Made by a program: the position numbers and the translations under genes. From an uncultured Pelagibacteraceae bacterium (GTDB taxonomy: Bacteria; Pseudomonadota; Alphaproteobacteria; Pelagibacterales; Pelagibacteraceae): a stretch of 60,877 nt of DNA. The notes under the pieces are model-generated. The model saw nothing but the letters and a program-made list of their open reading frames with translations. It searched no databases and was not told the origin of the DNA. Location: the NCBI GenBank assembly GCA_902603045.1, contig CACKTH010000001.1, positions 1 to 60,877 of the forward strand. Direction: 5' to 3'. Shown piece after piece: positions 39,333-49,913 of the stretch. Position 1 is the stretch's first letter. Each line of letters begins with the position of its first letter.

Positions 39333-39994
39333 TATATTTTAATAGTTTCTAAAAGTTTCATTGCTGCGGCCTGTTCTGCATTTTTTTTTGAAGTACCATC
39401 AGCGATAACTGTTTTGCTATCCTTGATTTTTACACTAATTTTAAAATTTGGTTTATGTCTTGGTCCAGTATTAGAAATAAGTTTATATATTGGCAATGCT
39501 TTAAATTTCTTTAATGAATATTCTTGTAATCTTGTTTTCGAGTCGATTACAGTAATATCTGATAAATTTAAATAATTTTTCCAAAAATTTAATATAAATT
39601 TTGAAGAAACCTCAAAACCTTTATCTATATAAATTGCTCCTATCATAGACTCACAACAATCAGATATAATTTTTTTTTCAATATTGACTTTTTTTTTCTT
39701 TTCAGTGTTTCCTGTTAAAATGTAATTATCCAATTCTAATTCCTTGCCAATTTCAAAACATTTATTTTTATTAACTAAGTTTGCAAGTTTTTTGTCAATC
39801 ATACCTACTTTTTCATTTGGATATAACTCTAAAAGTTTCTTTGATATAACAAACCCCAAAACTCTATCACCTAAAAATTCTAGTTTTTCATAATTATTTT
39901 TTGTATCGAAACTTTTGTGTGTTAAGGCTTGTATCAATAGTTTATCATCTTTAAAGCTAATACCTATTTTTTTTTGTAGTTTGTTTAACTTCAT
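39332..39994 (-). CDS. rnc: Ribonuclease III
   Basis: ALTHKS, EKLEFLGDRVL, ES.IGAIY.D, dsRBD KK.AEQ.AA. Confidence 0.96.
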   Translation of the reverse strand: MKLNKLQKKIGISFKDDKLLIQALTHKSFDTKNNYEKLEFLGDRVLGFVISKKLLELYPNEKVGMIDKKLANLVNKNKCFEIGKELELDNYILTGNTEKKKKVNIEKKIISDCCESMIGAIYIDKGFEVSSKFILNFWKNYLNLSDITVIDSKTRLQEYSLKKFKALPIYKLISNTGPRHKPNFKISVKIKDSKTVIADGTSKKNAEQAAAMKLLETIKI

Positions 39995-39998
39995 TTAT

Positions 39999-40727
39999 TT
40001 AAATTATTTTATTAAAAAATCTTTCAAATCGAACTATTTCATCCCATTTGAAAATGTTAAAGATACTTCCTTTCCTTGGATTAGATGAAAAAAATAAAAT
40101 TTGTGCTTTTCCAACTAAATTATTTTGATTAACATAACCAACTTCAGATAGAAACCTGCTGTCTTTAGAACAATCTCTATTGTCACCTAAGAAAAAAAAG
40201 TGATTTTCAGGAACAATGTATTTATCTGAATTAGAAAAAGTTATATCGGTTCTATACGCAGCTAAATAACTTTTTCCATTTGGAAGTTTTTCTTCAAATA
40301 CATTGACATCAATTTGGGATGATCCACAATATAACTTATCATTTTTGCTTTTAATTGTTTTTAATACTTGATTAGAATTTATATATAAATCACCATCAAT
40401 AAACTGTATTGTATCACCCGGTAAACCAATCAATCTTTTAATATAATCTGTACGATTATCAGCAGGTGTTTTAAAAACTATAACATCTCCTCTTTTAGGG
40501 TTTTTATTTAATATACGTCCTTTAAAAATAGGAGGACTAAAAGGAAATGAATGTTTACTATATCCGTAAGAAAATTTTGTAACAAATAATCTGTCACCAA
40601 CAAGCAAGTTAGTTTCCATTGATGATGATGGTATATAAAATGGCTGGATTAATATTGATCTTATAAATACTGCAATTATTAATGCATAAAATAATGTTTT
40701 AGTATTATCAATTATGAAATTTTTCAT
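39999..40727 (-). CDS. lepB: Signal peptidase I
   Basis: IPSSSM, YIKRLIGLPGD, GDNRD.S.DSR. Confidence 0.96.
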   Translation of the reverse strand: MKNFIIDNTKTLFYALIIAVFIRSILIQPFYIPSSSMETNLLVGDRLFVTKFSYGYSKHSFPFSPPIFKGRILNKNPKRGDVIVFKTPADNRTDYIKRLIGLPGDTIQFIDGDLYINSNQVLKTIKSKNDKLYCGSSQIDVNVFEEKLPNGKSYLAAYRTDITFSNSDKYIVPENHFFFLGDNRDCSKDSRFLSEVGYVNQNNLVGKAQILFFSSNPRKGSIFNIFKWDEIVRFERFFNKII

Positions 40728-41110
40728 TTTTTTCTATTCAAAATAACAAATGCAATTGAGTGGTTTTTTTCATCTGAAAGTGAAAGATGTATATCGTAAT
40801 TCTTTAATTTAAATTTTTTTTTTAATATATCTTTTATCTTCTGTGAAATTTTAATTTTAGGAGATCCTTTCTTATTATTATATATTTCAATATCATTAAA
40901 ATTAATATTATTTCTAAAGCCTGTGCCCATTGATTTAACAAAAGCTTCTTTAGCAGCAAATCTTTTTGCAAAATAATTTGTTTTGTTTCTATGTTTTTTT
41001 GACTGATTAATTTCATTCAATGTAAAAAGTCTTTTTTTAAAACCTTTAATTTTTAGGGATTTTTCTATTCTTTTATTATCAATAATATCAACACCGTTAC
41101 CAATTATCAT
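40724..41110 (-). CDS. acpS: Holo-ACP synthase
   Basis: G.GVDII, AKRFAAKEA. Confidence 0.94.
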   Translation of the reverse strand: MIIGNGVDIIDNKRIEKSLKIKGFKKRLFTLNEINQSKKHRNKTNYFAKRFAAKEAFVKSMGTGFRNNINFNDIEIYNNKKGSPKIKISQKIKDILKKKFKLKNYDIHLSLSDEKNHSIAFVILNRKK

Positions 41111-41829
41111 TAGTTTAATATTTTTCTAAAATTACGTATTACTTTTTTCATACCAAACATAATGGACTCTCCTATTATAAAATGTCCAATATTAAATTCC
41201 TCTATAGATTTAATCTTTCTTAAAATTTTAGTTGATTTATAATCTAAGCCATGACCTGCATGAACTTCCATTCCTAGCTTTTTTGCTAACGTGGCACAAT
41301 TTTTTATTTTTTTTAACTCTACTAAATAATTTTTGTTATTTTTAACTTTTAAAGCAAATTTTCCTGTATGAAGTTCCACACATTTTGCATTTAATTCTTT
41401 TGATGCAAAAACATCTTTAATATTTGGGTTGATGAAAAGACTTGTTCTAATTTTTTTTGAATTTAGTTTATTAATTACTTTTTTAATTATTTTTTTATTT
41501 TTTGTGATATTTAAACCTCCTTCGGTTGTTATTTCATTTCTTTTTTCAGGAACTATACAAACAAAATTAGGTTTGTATTTTAATGCAATTTTAAGCATTT
41601 CATTGTTAGCAGCCATTTCTAAATTTATTGGTACTCTTTTAATTTTTGAAAATATAGCCACGTCTTTATCTCCAATATGTCTACGATCTTCTCTTAAATG
41701 AATAGTGATAGAATTTGCACCGAAATTCATAACTTGCCTTGCATATGAAATAGGATCAGGATGTCCCTCTCCTCTGGCGTTCCTTAATGTTGCAATATGA
41801 TCTACGTTAACACCTAGTCTAGATTTCAT
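41110..41829 (-). CDS. pdxJ: Pyridoxine 5'-phosphate synthase
   Basis: LGVNVDHIATLRNAR, HLREDRRH, HAGHGL, NIGH. Confidence 0.96.
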   Translation of the reverse strand: MKSRLGVNVDHIATLRNARGEGHPDPISYARQVMNFGANSITIHLREDRRHIGDKDVAIFSKIKRVPINLEMAANNEMLKIALKYKPNFVCIVPEKRNEITTEGGLNITKNKKIIKKVINKLNSKKIRTSLFINPNIKDVFASKELNAKCVELHTGKFALKVKNNKNYLVELKKIKNCATLAKKLGMEVHAGHGLDYKSTKILRKIKSIEEFNIGHFIIGESIMFGMKKVIRNFRKILN

Positions 41830-42416
41830 TTTAAATATCTACTTCCAGGTTTTGTAATTGGAATTTTTTTTAACTCAATTGGTAAATCATTTTTTTTAAA
41901 AGTTGGTATTTCTAATTTAATTTGCGAAACAATATTTTTATCTTTAATTTTTAAACTTGGTTTACTAGATCTATTAATCAAACACGCATATCCAACAACT
42001 TTGGATTTAAATTTTTTTACAAGTCGAGCACATTCTAAACTTGACTTACCTGTAGTAATTACGTCTTCTACTATCAAAACTTTAGAATTTTTTTTAATTG
42101 AAAAACCTCTTCTTAATGTAAATTTCCCATTAACTCTTTCACAAAATATTGTCTCTTTATTCAATAAATTTCCTACAATATAACCTATTACAATACCGCC
42201 CATAGCTGGTGACAAAATTATATCAATTTTTTTAAATTTTTTTTTTATTTTAGAGCTTAAGGATTTACAAAATTTTTCTGATTTTTTGGGATAACTTAAT
42301 AATTTAGCGCACTGAACATATTGGGGCGAATGTAAACCTGATGATAAAACAAAATGTCCTTCTAAAAGTGCCTTAGTTTTTCTTAAAACCACTAAAGAAT
42401 CTTTTAAAGAAAGCAT
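41826..42416 (-). CDS. pyrE: Orotate phosphoribosyltransferase
   Basis: GHF.LSSG.HS, LRRGF, VEDVITTG. Confidence 0.95.
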   Translation of the reverse strand: MLSLKDSLVVLRKTKALLEGHFVLSSGLHSPQYVQCAKLLSYPKKSEKFCKSLSSKIKKKFKKIDIILSPAMGGIVIGYIVGNLLNKETIFCERVNGKFTLRRGFSIKKNSKVLIVEDVITTGKSSLECARLVKKFKSKVVGYACLINRSSKPSLKIKDKNIVSQIKLEIPTFKKNDLPIELKKIPITKPGSRYLK

Positions 42417-44115
42417 ATTTTTTGTTTTTATGTCTAATTATTTTGAAGTTATATTCTTTCTGTTTTAGCTCACTAATAAGTTTTGTAAAGTTTTTCAAAT
42501 CTTGAATAATTAGGTTAAACCTAAAATTAATGGTTCTTTTAGTCTTTTCTACCATTTCAACACTTGAAATGTTTACATTATTGGTTCCGATCATTGTTGT
42601 AACATCTCCTAAAATACCTGGTTGATCAGGCAATGATACCCACAGTGTAGTATTATATTTTTTCATTGTGGGTTTGGGATCCTCTTTATATTGCCAATAT
42701 CTTCTTATTGCCGCTCTGGCTTTTCCAGTCTTCGCACTTGTTATCCAATGTAATGAAGGAGAATCTTTTTTTGATGTTAATATTTTAACTACATCTCCAT
42801 TCATTAAAATTGACTGTAAAGCACTTTCCTTTCCATTAATTTCACATCCAGTAGCAGTGTCTCCAATTTTAGTGTGAACTGCGTATGCAAAATCAATTGG
42901 ACTAGCATTTTTTGGCAATTTAATTACAGAGCCTTTAGGGGTAAAGCAAAACACATTGTCTTGAAACATTTGTAGCTTTGTATACTCAAAAGAATCCTCG
43001 GGATTTTCATTTTTATCCATAATTTCTACTAAATCTGCCAACCAATCATACTCTTTCCATGTTAAAGAATTAAATTTTTCTGAAGACTTATATTTCCAAT
43101 GAGAAGCAATTCCTCTCTGAGCAAATTCATGCATTTGTTGAGTACGAAGCTGTATATCAATAGGTCTCTTATTCGGCCCAATAATTGCAGTATGCAATGA
43201 CTTATAGTTATTAATTTTTGGTGAAGATATATAGTCTTTAAATCTTCCTGGTATACAATTCCATTCTTTATGAAGAACACCTAGAGCTTTGTAACAGCTT
43301 TCTACACTTTCTAATATAATTCTAAATCCAATTATATCTGTGATTTGCTCCAATGAGGTTCTTTTTTTTTGTATTTTTTTCCAAATTGAAAAAGGTGTTT
43401 TCTCTCTAGAAAAAATTTTATATTTTATATTATTTTGTATTAATATATTTTCAAAATCACTTAAGACTGAATTATAATTGATAAGATTATTATCTTTAAT
43501 TTTATCTAATCTATTTTTAATCATTACCCTTGCATCAGAATTTAATATTTCAAATGATAAGTCCTCAAGTTCATCTCTTATACGATTCATTCCCATTCTA
43601 TCTGCCAATGGCGCATAAATTTCCATTGTTTCTTTTGCAATTCTTTCTCTTTTTTCCTTTTTTTCGATAGCTTTAATTGTTCTCATATTGTGTAAACGAT
43701 CAGCAAGCTTTACTAGAAGAACTCTTATGTCTTTAGAAGTTGCTAATATAAGTTTTCGAAAATTTTCAGCTCTAGAATTTGAGACAGCTTGATTTTCAAA
43801 AACTGAAATTTTTGTAACTCCATCAACTAAGTCAGCAACTTCTTTTCCAAATTGTTCTTCTATAGTTTTGTAAGTTGCATAAGTATCTTCTATAGTATCG
43901 TGAAGTAAACCAGTTGCTATCGTTGCACTATCCAACTTAAGTTCGGTTAAAATATTTGCAACAGCAACAGGATGAATGACGTATGGATCTCCCGATTGTC
44001 GTTTTTGATCTTTATGAACTTTCACTGCAAAATCATATGCTTTACTTAGAGTTTCAGGGTTAAGAAACTTATTGTATGATTTAACCTTATTTATTAATTC
44101 ATCAGAATTTAGCAT
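42373..44115 (-). CDS. spoT: Bifunctional (p)ppGpp synthetase/hydrolase Rel (shortened C-terminal region)
   Basis: HDTIED hydrolase, KLADRLHNMRT, synthetase YKSLHT, TGS (DFAY.VHT), ACT. Confidence 0.93.
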   Translation of the reverse strand: MLNSDELINKVKSYNKFLNPETLSKAYDFAVKVHKDQKRQSGDPYVIHPVAVANILTELKLDSATIATGLLHDTIEDTYATYKTIEEQFGKEVADLVDGVTKISVFENQAVSNSRAENFRKLILATSKDIRVLLVKLADRLHNMRTIKAIEKKEKRERIAKETMEIYAPLADRMGMNRIRDELEDLSFEILNSDARVMIKNRLDKIKDNNLINYNSVLSDFENILIQNNIKYKIFSREKTPFSIWKKIQKKRTSLEQITDIIGFRIILESVESCYKALGVLHKEWNCIPGRFKDYISSPKINNYKSLHTAIIGPNKRPIDIQLRTQQMHEFAQRGIASHWKYKSSEKFNSLTWKEYDWLADLVEIMDKNENPEDSFEYTKLQMFQDNVFCFTPKGSVIKLPKNASPIDFAYAVHTKIGDTATGCEINGKESALQSILMNGDVVKILTSKKDSPSLHWITSAKTGKARAAIRRYWQYKEDPKPTMKKYNTTLWVSLPDQPGILGDVTTMIGTNNVNISSVEMVEKTKRTINFRFNLIIQDLKNFTKLISELKQKEYNFKIIRHKNKKYAFFKRFFSGFKKN

Positions 44116-44135
44116 TGTTTTATTATATCACTTAT

Positions 44136-44663
44136 TTAGATAACTTTAATACTTCTTAAATTATTTTTTTTTAAAGAAGATAAGAGTTTTACTATATTTT
44201 TTTTTAATTTTGGGTGAGACCAATTTTTGCATATTTCAAACAGTGGCATAAGTACAAAGTTTCTATTATGCATTCTTGGATGCGGGATCTCTAAATTAAT
44301 CAATTTTTTATTTGATTTAGTAATCTTTCCATTAAAATCTAATATATCAATATCACAATTTCTTGGATGATTTTTAGGAGTTATTTTTCTACCTAATTTT
44401 TTTTCTATAGACTTAATTATTTTAAAGAGCTCAAATTGATTTAATTTTGTTTTTATCAGTAATACAGCATTAATAAATTTTGGAAAACTAGGATCTGGCC
44501 ATGACTCAGTCTCATAATAACTAGAAGTTTTGATAATTTTAATATCATGGGCTTCCAATAAATATTTAGATTTTTCTAAAAAATGTATTCTATTTCCTAA
44601 ATTAGAACCTATTGATAGATATACATTTTTAACTTGAGCGTCTGAAATATCTCGCTTTTTCAC
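44136..44663 (-). CDS. folK: HPPK
   Basis: SIGSNLG, PR..DIDIL, PHPRM..R.FVL; probable GTG start at 44663 overlapping the smpB end. Confidence 0.92.
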   Translation of the reverse strand: MKKRDISDAQVKNVYLSIGSNLGNRIHFLEKSKYLLEAHDIKIIKTSSYYETESWPDPSFPKFINAVLLIKTKLNQFELFKIIKSIEKKLGRKITPKNHPRNCDIDILDFNGKITKSNKKLINLEIPHPRMHNRNFVLMPLFEICKNWSHPKLKKNIVKLLSSLKKNNLRSIKVI

Positions 44664-45099
44664 GGTTCCAATCTTTAGTTTTTTTGGTTTGTCGCTTATC
44701 GTATTGTTTTTTGCCCTTTGCAACTGCTATTTCAACTTTAGCTTTACCTTTTTTAAAATACATTTTAGTTGGAACTAAAGTTAGACCATCCTCGTTCATT
44801 TTACCAATTAGTTTGTTAATTTCCCTTTTGTTAAATAACAATTTTCTTTCTGAGTAAGGGTTGTGATTTGAATAACTGGCTTGTTTATATATGGGTATAT
44901 GTGAATTAATTAAAAAAATTTCTCCTTCTTTTTCTACAGCATATGACTCTGCAATATTTACTTTTCCATCTCTTACAGATTTTATTTCAGAACCTTTTAG
45001 AACAATTCCTGCTTCTAAGATTTCCTTAAAGAAAAAATTAAAAGATGCTTTTCGATTTATTGTAATAATCTTGATGCCAGATGTAGATTTATCACTCAT
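44629..45099 (-). CDS. smpB: SsrA-binding protein
   Basis: [30 protein letters not shown]. Confidence 0.96.
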   Translation of the reverse strand: MSDKSTSGIKIITINRKASFNFFFKEILEAGIVLKGSEIKSVRDGKVNIAESYAVEKEGEIFLINSHIPIYKQASYSNHNPYSERKLLFNKREINKLIGKMNEDGLTLVPTKMYFKKGKAKVEIAVAKGKKQYDKRQTKKTKDWNREKARYFRRSS

Positions 45100-45979
45100 C
45101 AATAAGTTTTGCTACTTTCAATGCTTTCTCGACTTCCTTTTTTGTATTTTCAGTTATTTTTACCAAAGGCAATCTTACAGTATCATCGCATAGACCAAGT
45201 AATTTAGCAGCATACTTAACTGGTGAAGGATTACTTTCTATAAATAAATTTTTATGTAACGGTTGCAACATATCATCAAGTTGTTGAGCTTTTTTTAAAT
45301 CATCCTCATTTGAAGATTTTGATAATTTTTGAAATTCAGAACATAATTTAGGAGCTACGTTTGCTGTAACACTAATTGTTCCAACGCCTCCACGTTTATT
45401 AAATTCAAAAGCATTATCATCGTTTCCGGTAAGTTGAATGAAATCATTACCCATTTTTTCTTTTTGTTGATCAACACGATTTAGATCACCCGTTGCATCT
45501 TTAACTCCAACTATATTTTTTAGTTCATATAATCTAGCCATTGTTTCAACGCTCATATCGATTACTGAACGGCTTGGAATATTATAAATTATAATTGGAA
45601 TTCCACAGTTATCATTGATTGATTTATAATGTTGATATAATCCTTCTTGAGTGGGTTTATTATAATATGGTGTTACAACTAAAGCACCATCCGCACCAGC
45701 TTTTTCAGCGTGTTTAGTTAATGATACGGCTTCTTCTGTAGAATTAGATCCTGTGCCAGCTATTATGGGAAGTTTACCGGTTGCTTCTTTTATACACAAT
45801 TCAATTGTTCTCTCATGTTCATCATGTGATAATGTTGGTGACTCACCTGTTGTTCCAACTGGAACTAACCCATTTGTTCCATTTTCAAGATGATGATTTA
45901 TTATTTTTATGTAACTTTCTTCGTCAAGCTTATTGTCTTTAAACGGTGTAATTAAAGCTACATTTGATCCTTTAAACAT
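45092..45979 (-). CDS. dapA: 4-hydroxy-tetrahydrodipicolinate synthase
   Basis: GTTGES, PYYNKP, YNIP.R, KDAT, NP.PVK. Confidence 0.96.
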   Translation of the reverse strand: MFKGSNVALITPFKDNKLDEESYIKIINHHLENGTNGLVPVGTTGESPTLSHDEHERTIELCIKEATGKLPIIAGTGSNSTEEAVSLTKHAEKAGADGALVVTPYYNKPTQEGLYQHYKSINDNCGIPIIIYNIPSRSVIDMSVETMARLYELKNIVGVKDATGDLNRVDQQKEKMGNDFIQLTGNDDNAFEFNKRGGVGTISVTANVAPKLCSEFQKLSKSSNEDDLKKAQQLDDMLQPLHKNLFIESNPSPVKYAAKLLGLCDDTVRLPLVKITENTKKEVEKALKVAKLIDE

Positions 45980-46014
45980 AATTATTTATAACATAAGTTG
46001 TTTGATTTAATAAA

Positions 46015-48216
46015 ATGTATTTAAAATTATTAACAACAATTATCCTTTTTTTCTTATCGTTTCAATCTGCTTTTTCAAATGAAACTATACTTCCTATTAA
46101 AAAACCAGATTTAAATGAAAAAAATACAACAAATAAAATAGCTGAAATCATTCCTCTACCAAAACCATCTGAAAAAGAAGATGAAATTCAAAAAGAAATT
46201 AAAATTACTACCACGGAAATATTTAAAAAAATTGATGGTGTAATAATTCCAAAAAATAAGCCTCTAATAGTTAAAGAAAAATTAAGACAGATAAAAAAAC
46301 AAAAATTTTATAGCGATAGAGATTTGAAGTATGCGAAACAAGCTATTTCATTTATGGAGAAAAGTAATTGGAAGGATGCAAAAAAAGCTGCGAGTAAAGC
46401 AAGAGCAAAATCAATTTATGATTTTATCCAATGGAGACATCTCCTTACGACTGGTAATAGAGCTACTTTTACTGAATATAAACAGTTTATAGAAAGAGTA
46501 AAAAACTATCCAAGAATAGATAGAGTTCGTTACTTAGGAGAGCATAAAATAAATTCTAAAAATTATACAAAAAAGGAAATTATACAATGGTTCGATAAAT
46601 ATCCTCCTTTAAGTGGATTTGGAAAAATGATGCTAGGCGATGCTTTGTTATCAAAAAATAAAGAGAAAGGTATAAATTTAATTAAAGATGGATTCATAAC
46701 AGCTGATTTAAGTAAAAATGATCTTATTTTTTTTAGAAAGAAATTTAAAAAATACTTGAACAGCAGTGATTACATTAGAAGAGCTGATTATTTAGCATGG
46801 GAAAATAAATATTGGGGCCTAAAGAGACTGATAAGATATTTACCAAAAGATTATCAGCTTTTATATACAGCAAGACAGTTATTAATGAGCAGATCATATG
46901 GTGTTGATAGCGCTATCTCAAATGTACCTGCGAGCTTAAAAAAAGATGCAGGTTTAAATTATGACAGACTCAAATGGAGAAGGAAAAGAGGAAGAGTTGA
47001 TAGTTCTTTAGAAATTTTATTAAACATCAAAAACAATAAAGACTATATGGTTCGTCCAGATAAATGGTGGGTTGAAAGATCAATAATTGCAAGATCACTT
47101 ATTTATAAGAAAAGATATGAGCAAGCTTATAAAATTACAAGTAAACACGGTCTATCAGAGGGTGCCGAATTAGCTGAAGCTGAATGGATGAGTGGATGGA
47201 TTGCTTTAAGTTTCTTAAAAGACCCAATTTTAGCAAAAAATCATTTTACTAAATTTTATAATAATGTTGGATATCCAATTAGTTTATCAAGAGGTGCTTA
47301 TTGGCTTGGAAAAGCGTATTTAGCACTAAATAATAAGGAGGAAGCAGATAAATGGTTTCAAGAAGGTTCAAAATATCTAACAACCTATTATGGTCAATTA
47401 TCTCATATGAAAATATATCCAAATAAAACTTTTGAACTTAAAGAAAGTACTCAAATTGATAAAAATTATGCTGAAAGTTTTTACAAAAATAAATTAGTCG
47501 CAATAGTACATTTATTAGATGAAGTAAAAAAAGATAAATATACGAAACATATTTTAAGATTTCTAGCAAATGACAATGTTTCAGCAGGGAGTGAAATATT
47601 GGCAGCAAAACTTGCAACTGACATCTCTAGATTTGATTTTGCTATTCAGGTTTCTAAAATAGCATCTTATCAAAAAAGGTTTCATAACAAATATAATTAT
47701 CCAGTAATAAGCACTCCTAATAAAGTTGGATCAAGAAAAATACCAGAACAAGCTTTAATTTTATCTATTATAAGACAAGAAAGTGAGTTTGATATATCTG
47801 CAAGAAGTAGAGTTGGAGCACAAGGCTTAATGCAGTTGATGCCTTATACTGCAAAGACAGTTGCTAAGCAGGCAAAAGTTTCTTATTCAAAATCTCGTTT
47901 AACAACAAGTCCTGAGTATAATATAAATTTAGGATCTTTTTATATTGCTGGTTTAATTCTTGATTATGATGGATCCTACCCTTTCGCTGTAGCAGCATAT
48001 AATGCAGGACCAAAAAGAGTGAAGTATTGGAAAAAAATAAATAAAGATCCTCAAAAGAAACAAATCGATTATGTTGATTGGGTAGAACTTATTAAGTTTA
48101 AAGAGACCAGAAACTATGTTCAGAGAGTTATGGAGAATTACAATGTTTATAGATACATTTTGTCTCAAAAACCAATATTTTTAAAAGATTTTTTTAAAAA
48201 TAATCCGCTCTATTAG
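46015..48216 (+). CDS. slt: Soluble lytic murein transglycosylase
   Basis: Signal peptide, helical repeats, RQESEF, GLMQLMP, AYNAG, ETRNYV. Confidence 0.93.
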   Translation: MYLKLLTTIILFFLSFQSAFSNETILPIKKPDLNEKNTTNKIAEIIPLPKPSEKEDEIQKEIKITTTEIFKKIDGVIIPKNKPLIVKEKLRQIKKQKFYSDRDLKYAKQAISFMEKSNWKDAKKAASKARAKSIYDFIQWRHLLTTGNRATFTEYKQFIERVKNYPRIDRVRYLGEHKINSKNYTKKEIIQWFDKYPPLSGFGKMMLGDALLSKNKEKGINLIKDGFITADLSKNDLIFFRKKFKKYLNSSDYIRRADYLAWENKYWGLKRLIRYLPKDYQLLYTARQLLMSRSYGVDSAISNVPASLKKDAGLNYDRLKWRRKRGRVDSSLEILLNIKNNKDYMVRPDKWWVERSIIARSLIYKKRYEQAYKITSKHGLSEGAELAEAEWMSGWIALSFLKDPILAKNHFTKFYNNVGYPISLSRGAYWLGKAYLALNNKEEADKWFQEGSKYLTTYYGQLSHMKIYPNKTFELKESTQIDKNYAESFYKNKLVAIVHLLDEVKKDKYTKHILRFLANDNVSAGSEILAAKLATDISRFDFAIQVSKIASYQKRFHNKYNYPVISTPNKVGSRKIPEQALILSIIRQESEFDISARSRVGAQGLMQLMPYTAKTVAKQAKVSYSKSRLTTSPEYNINLGSFYIAGLILDYDGSYPFAVAAYNAGPKRVKYWKKINKDPQKKQIDYVDWVELIKFKETRNYVQRVMENYNVYRYILSQKPIFLKDFFKNNPLY

Positions 48217-48311
48217 TGGCGGAAGGAGAGGGATTCGAACCCTCGGTACACCTTTTCAAGCGTACGGCGGTTTAGCAAACCGCTGGTTTAAACCAGCTCA
48301 CCCATCCTTCC
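48217..48311 (-). tRNA. tRNA-Ser(GCT)
   Basis: Minus strand GGAAGGA/TCCTTCC acceptor stem, anticodon arm GCGGT-TT-GCT-AA-ACCGC, long variable arm, GGTTCGAATCC, CCA. Confidence 0.96.
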
Positions 48312-48326
48312 ATGATAATATGTGTA

Positions 48327-48361
48327 ACTTGAAATCATTGAATATTCAATCATATTCAAGT
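48327..48361. promoter_or_regulatory. Palindromic operator candidate between tRNA-Ser and soxB
   Basis: Perfect 14-bp palindrome ATTGAATATTCAAT (48337-48350) flanked by ACTTGAA/TTCAAGT. Confidence 0.4.
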
Positions 48362-48375
48362 AATTTCTTCAAAAT

Positions 48376-49629
48376 ATGAAAAACAAATATTCAGTATTCT
48401 CTCTAATAAAAAATGCTTTATCACAGCATGAGAATTGGCAACAAGCTTGGGGAAATCCAGAGCCAAAAAAAGAATACGATGCTATTATTGTGGGTGGTGG
48501 CGGACACGGTTTAGCTACTGCTTATTATTTAGCAAAGAAACATAATTTAAAAAATATTGCAGTCTTAGAAAAAGGTTGGATTGGTGGTGGAAATACAGGG
48601 CGTAACACTACAATCATTAGGTCAAATTATTTATGGGATGCTAGTGCTGGTTTATATGATCATGCGCTTAAACTATGGGAAAATTTATCTCAAGAGCTAA
48701 ACTACAATGTGATGTTCAGTCAAAGAGGTGTAATGAATTTAGCACACAATCTTCAAGATGTAAGAGATTTAAAAAGAAGAACACATGCTAATAGACTAAA
48801 TGGTATTGATGCTGTTTGGTTAAATACTGAGGAAGTTAAAAAATTTTGCCCAATTATAAATACATCACCTAGTATCAGATATCCAGTTTTAGGTGGAACA
48901 TTGCAAAGGAGAGCTGGAACTGCAAGACATGATGCTGTTGCCTGGGGTTATGCAAGAGGCGCAAGCGAAATGGGTGTTGATATAATTCAAAACTGTGAAG
49001 TTAAAGGAATAAAAAGAAATGGGGATAGAGTTGAAGGATTAGAAACCACTAAAGGATTTATAAAAACTAATAAAATTGGAGTTGTTGCAGCAGGCCACTC
49101 AAGCGTAGTTGCAAATATGGCTGGATTAAAACTTCCTCTTGAAAGTAAGCCATTACAAGCATTAGTTTCGGAGCCAGTAAAACCAATTATTGATACTGTT
49201 GTAATGTCAAATGCAGTTCATGCTTATGTAAGTCAATCGGATAAAGGCGAATTAGTTATAGGTGCGGGAACAGATTCATATGTTTCATATACTCAAAGAG
49301 GTAGTCATAATATTGTTGAAGAAACTTTAAAGGCTATTTTAGAACTCTACCCTATTTTTAGTAGAATGAAGATGTTAAGACAATGGGGAGGAATTGTTGA
49401 TATATGTCCAGATGCAAGCCCTATTATAAGTAAAACTAATATAAAAGGTTTATATTTTAATTGTGGTTGGGGTACCGGTGGTTTTAAAGCTACTCCAGGA
49501 TCGGGAGATTTATTTGCTCACACAATCGCAAATGATGAGCCACATAAATTAAATGCAGCATTTAATTTAAATAGATTTATAAGCGGTGATCTTGTTGATG
49601 AACATGGTGCTGCAGCAGTTGCACATTAA
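48376..49629 (+). CDS. soxB: Sarcosine oxidase beta subunit
   Basis: [47 protein letters not shown]. Confidence 0.95.
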   Translation: MKNKYSVFSLIKNALSQHENWQQAWGNPEPKKEYDAIIVGGGGHGLATAYYLAKKHNLKNIAVLEKGWIGGGNTGRNTTIIRSNYLWDASAGLYDHALKLWENLSQELNYNVMFSQRGVMNLAHNLQDVRDLKRRTHANRLNGIDAVWLNTEEVKKFCPIINTSPSIRYPVLGGTLQRRAGTARHDAVAWGYARGASEMGVDIIQNCEVKGIKRNGDRVEGLETTKGFIKTNKIGVVAAGHSSVVANMAGLKLPLESKPLQALVSEPVKPIIDTVVMSNAVHAYVSQSDKGELVIGAGTDSYVSYTQRGSHNIVEETLKAILELYPIFSRMKMLRQWGGIVDICPDASPIISKTNIKGLYFNCGWGTGGFKATPGSGDLFAHTIANDEPHKLNAAFNLNRFISGDLVDEHGAAAVAH

Positions 49630-49631
49630 TA

Positions 49632-49913
49632 ATGTTTTTAATTAATTGTCCATTTTGTGGAGAGAGAGATCAAAGTGAATTTTCTTCAGGTGGCGAAGCT
49701 CATGTAGTTAGACCCAAACAACCAACTGAACTTAGCGATGATGAATGGGCGGAATATCTATTTATGAGAAAAAATATAAAAGGCATTCAATTTGAAAGAT
49801 GGAATCATGTTCACGGATGTAGAAAATGGTTCAACGTCGTTAGAGACACATCGAATGATAAAATATTATCTGTTTATAAAATGGGTGAAAAACCTCCTGT
49901 TAATTATAAGTAA
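49632..49913 (+). CDS. soxD: Sarcosine oxidase delta subunit
   Basis: CPFCGER...EF, W.H..GC..WF...RDT. Confidence 0.94.
   Translation: MFLINCPFCGERDQSEFSSGGEAHVVRPKQPTELSDDEWAEYLFMRKNIKGIQFERWNHVHGCRKWFNVVRDTSNDKILSVYKMGEKPPVNYK

Noticed and set aside
44664-44723. Long N-terminal extensions of folK (and similarly ribD, gatC, rplM, trhO)
   Set aside because: They overlap upstream genes or promoters; downstream starts match the family N-termini.
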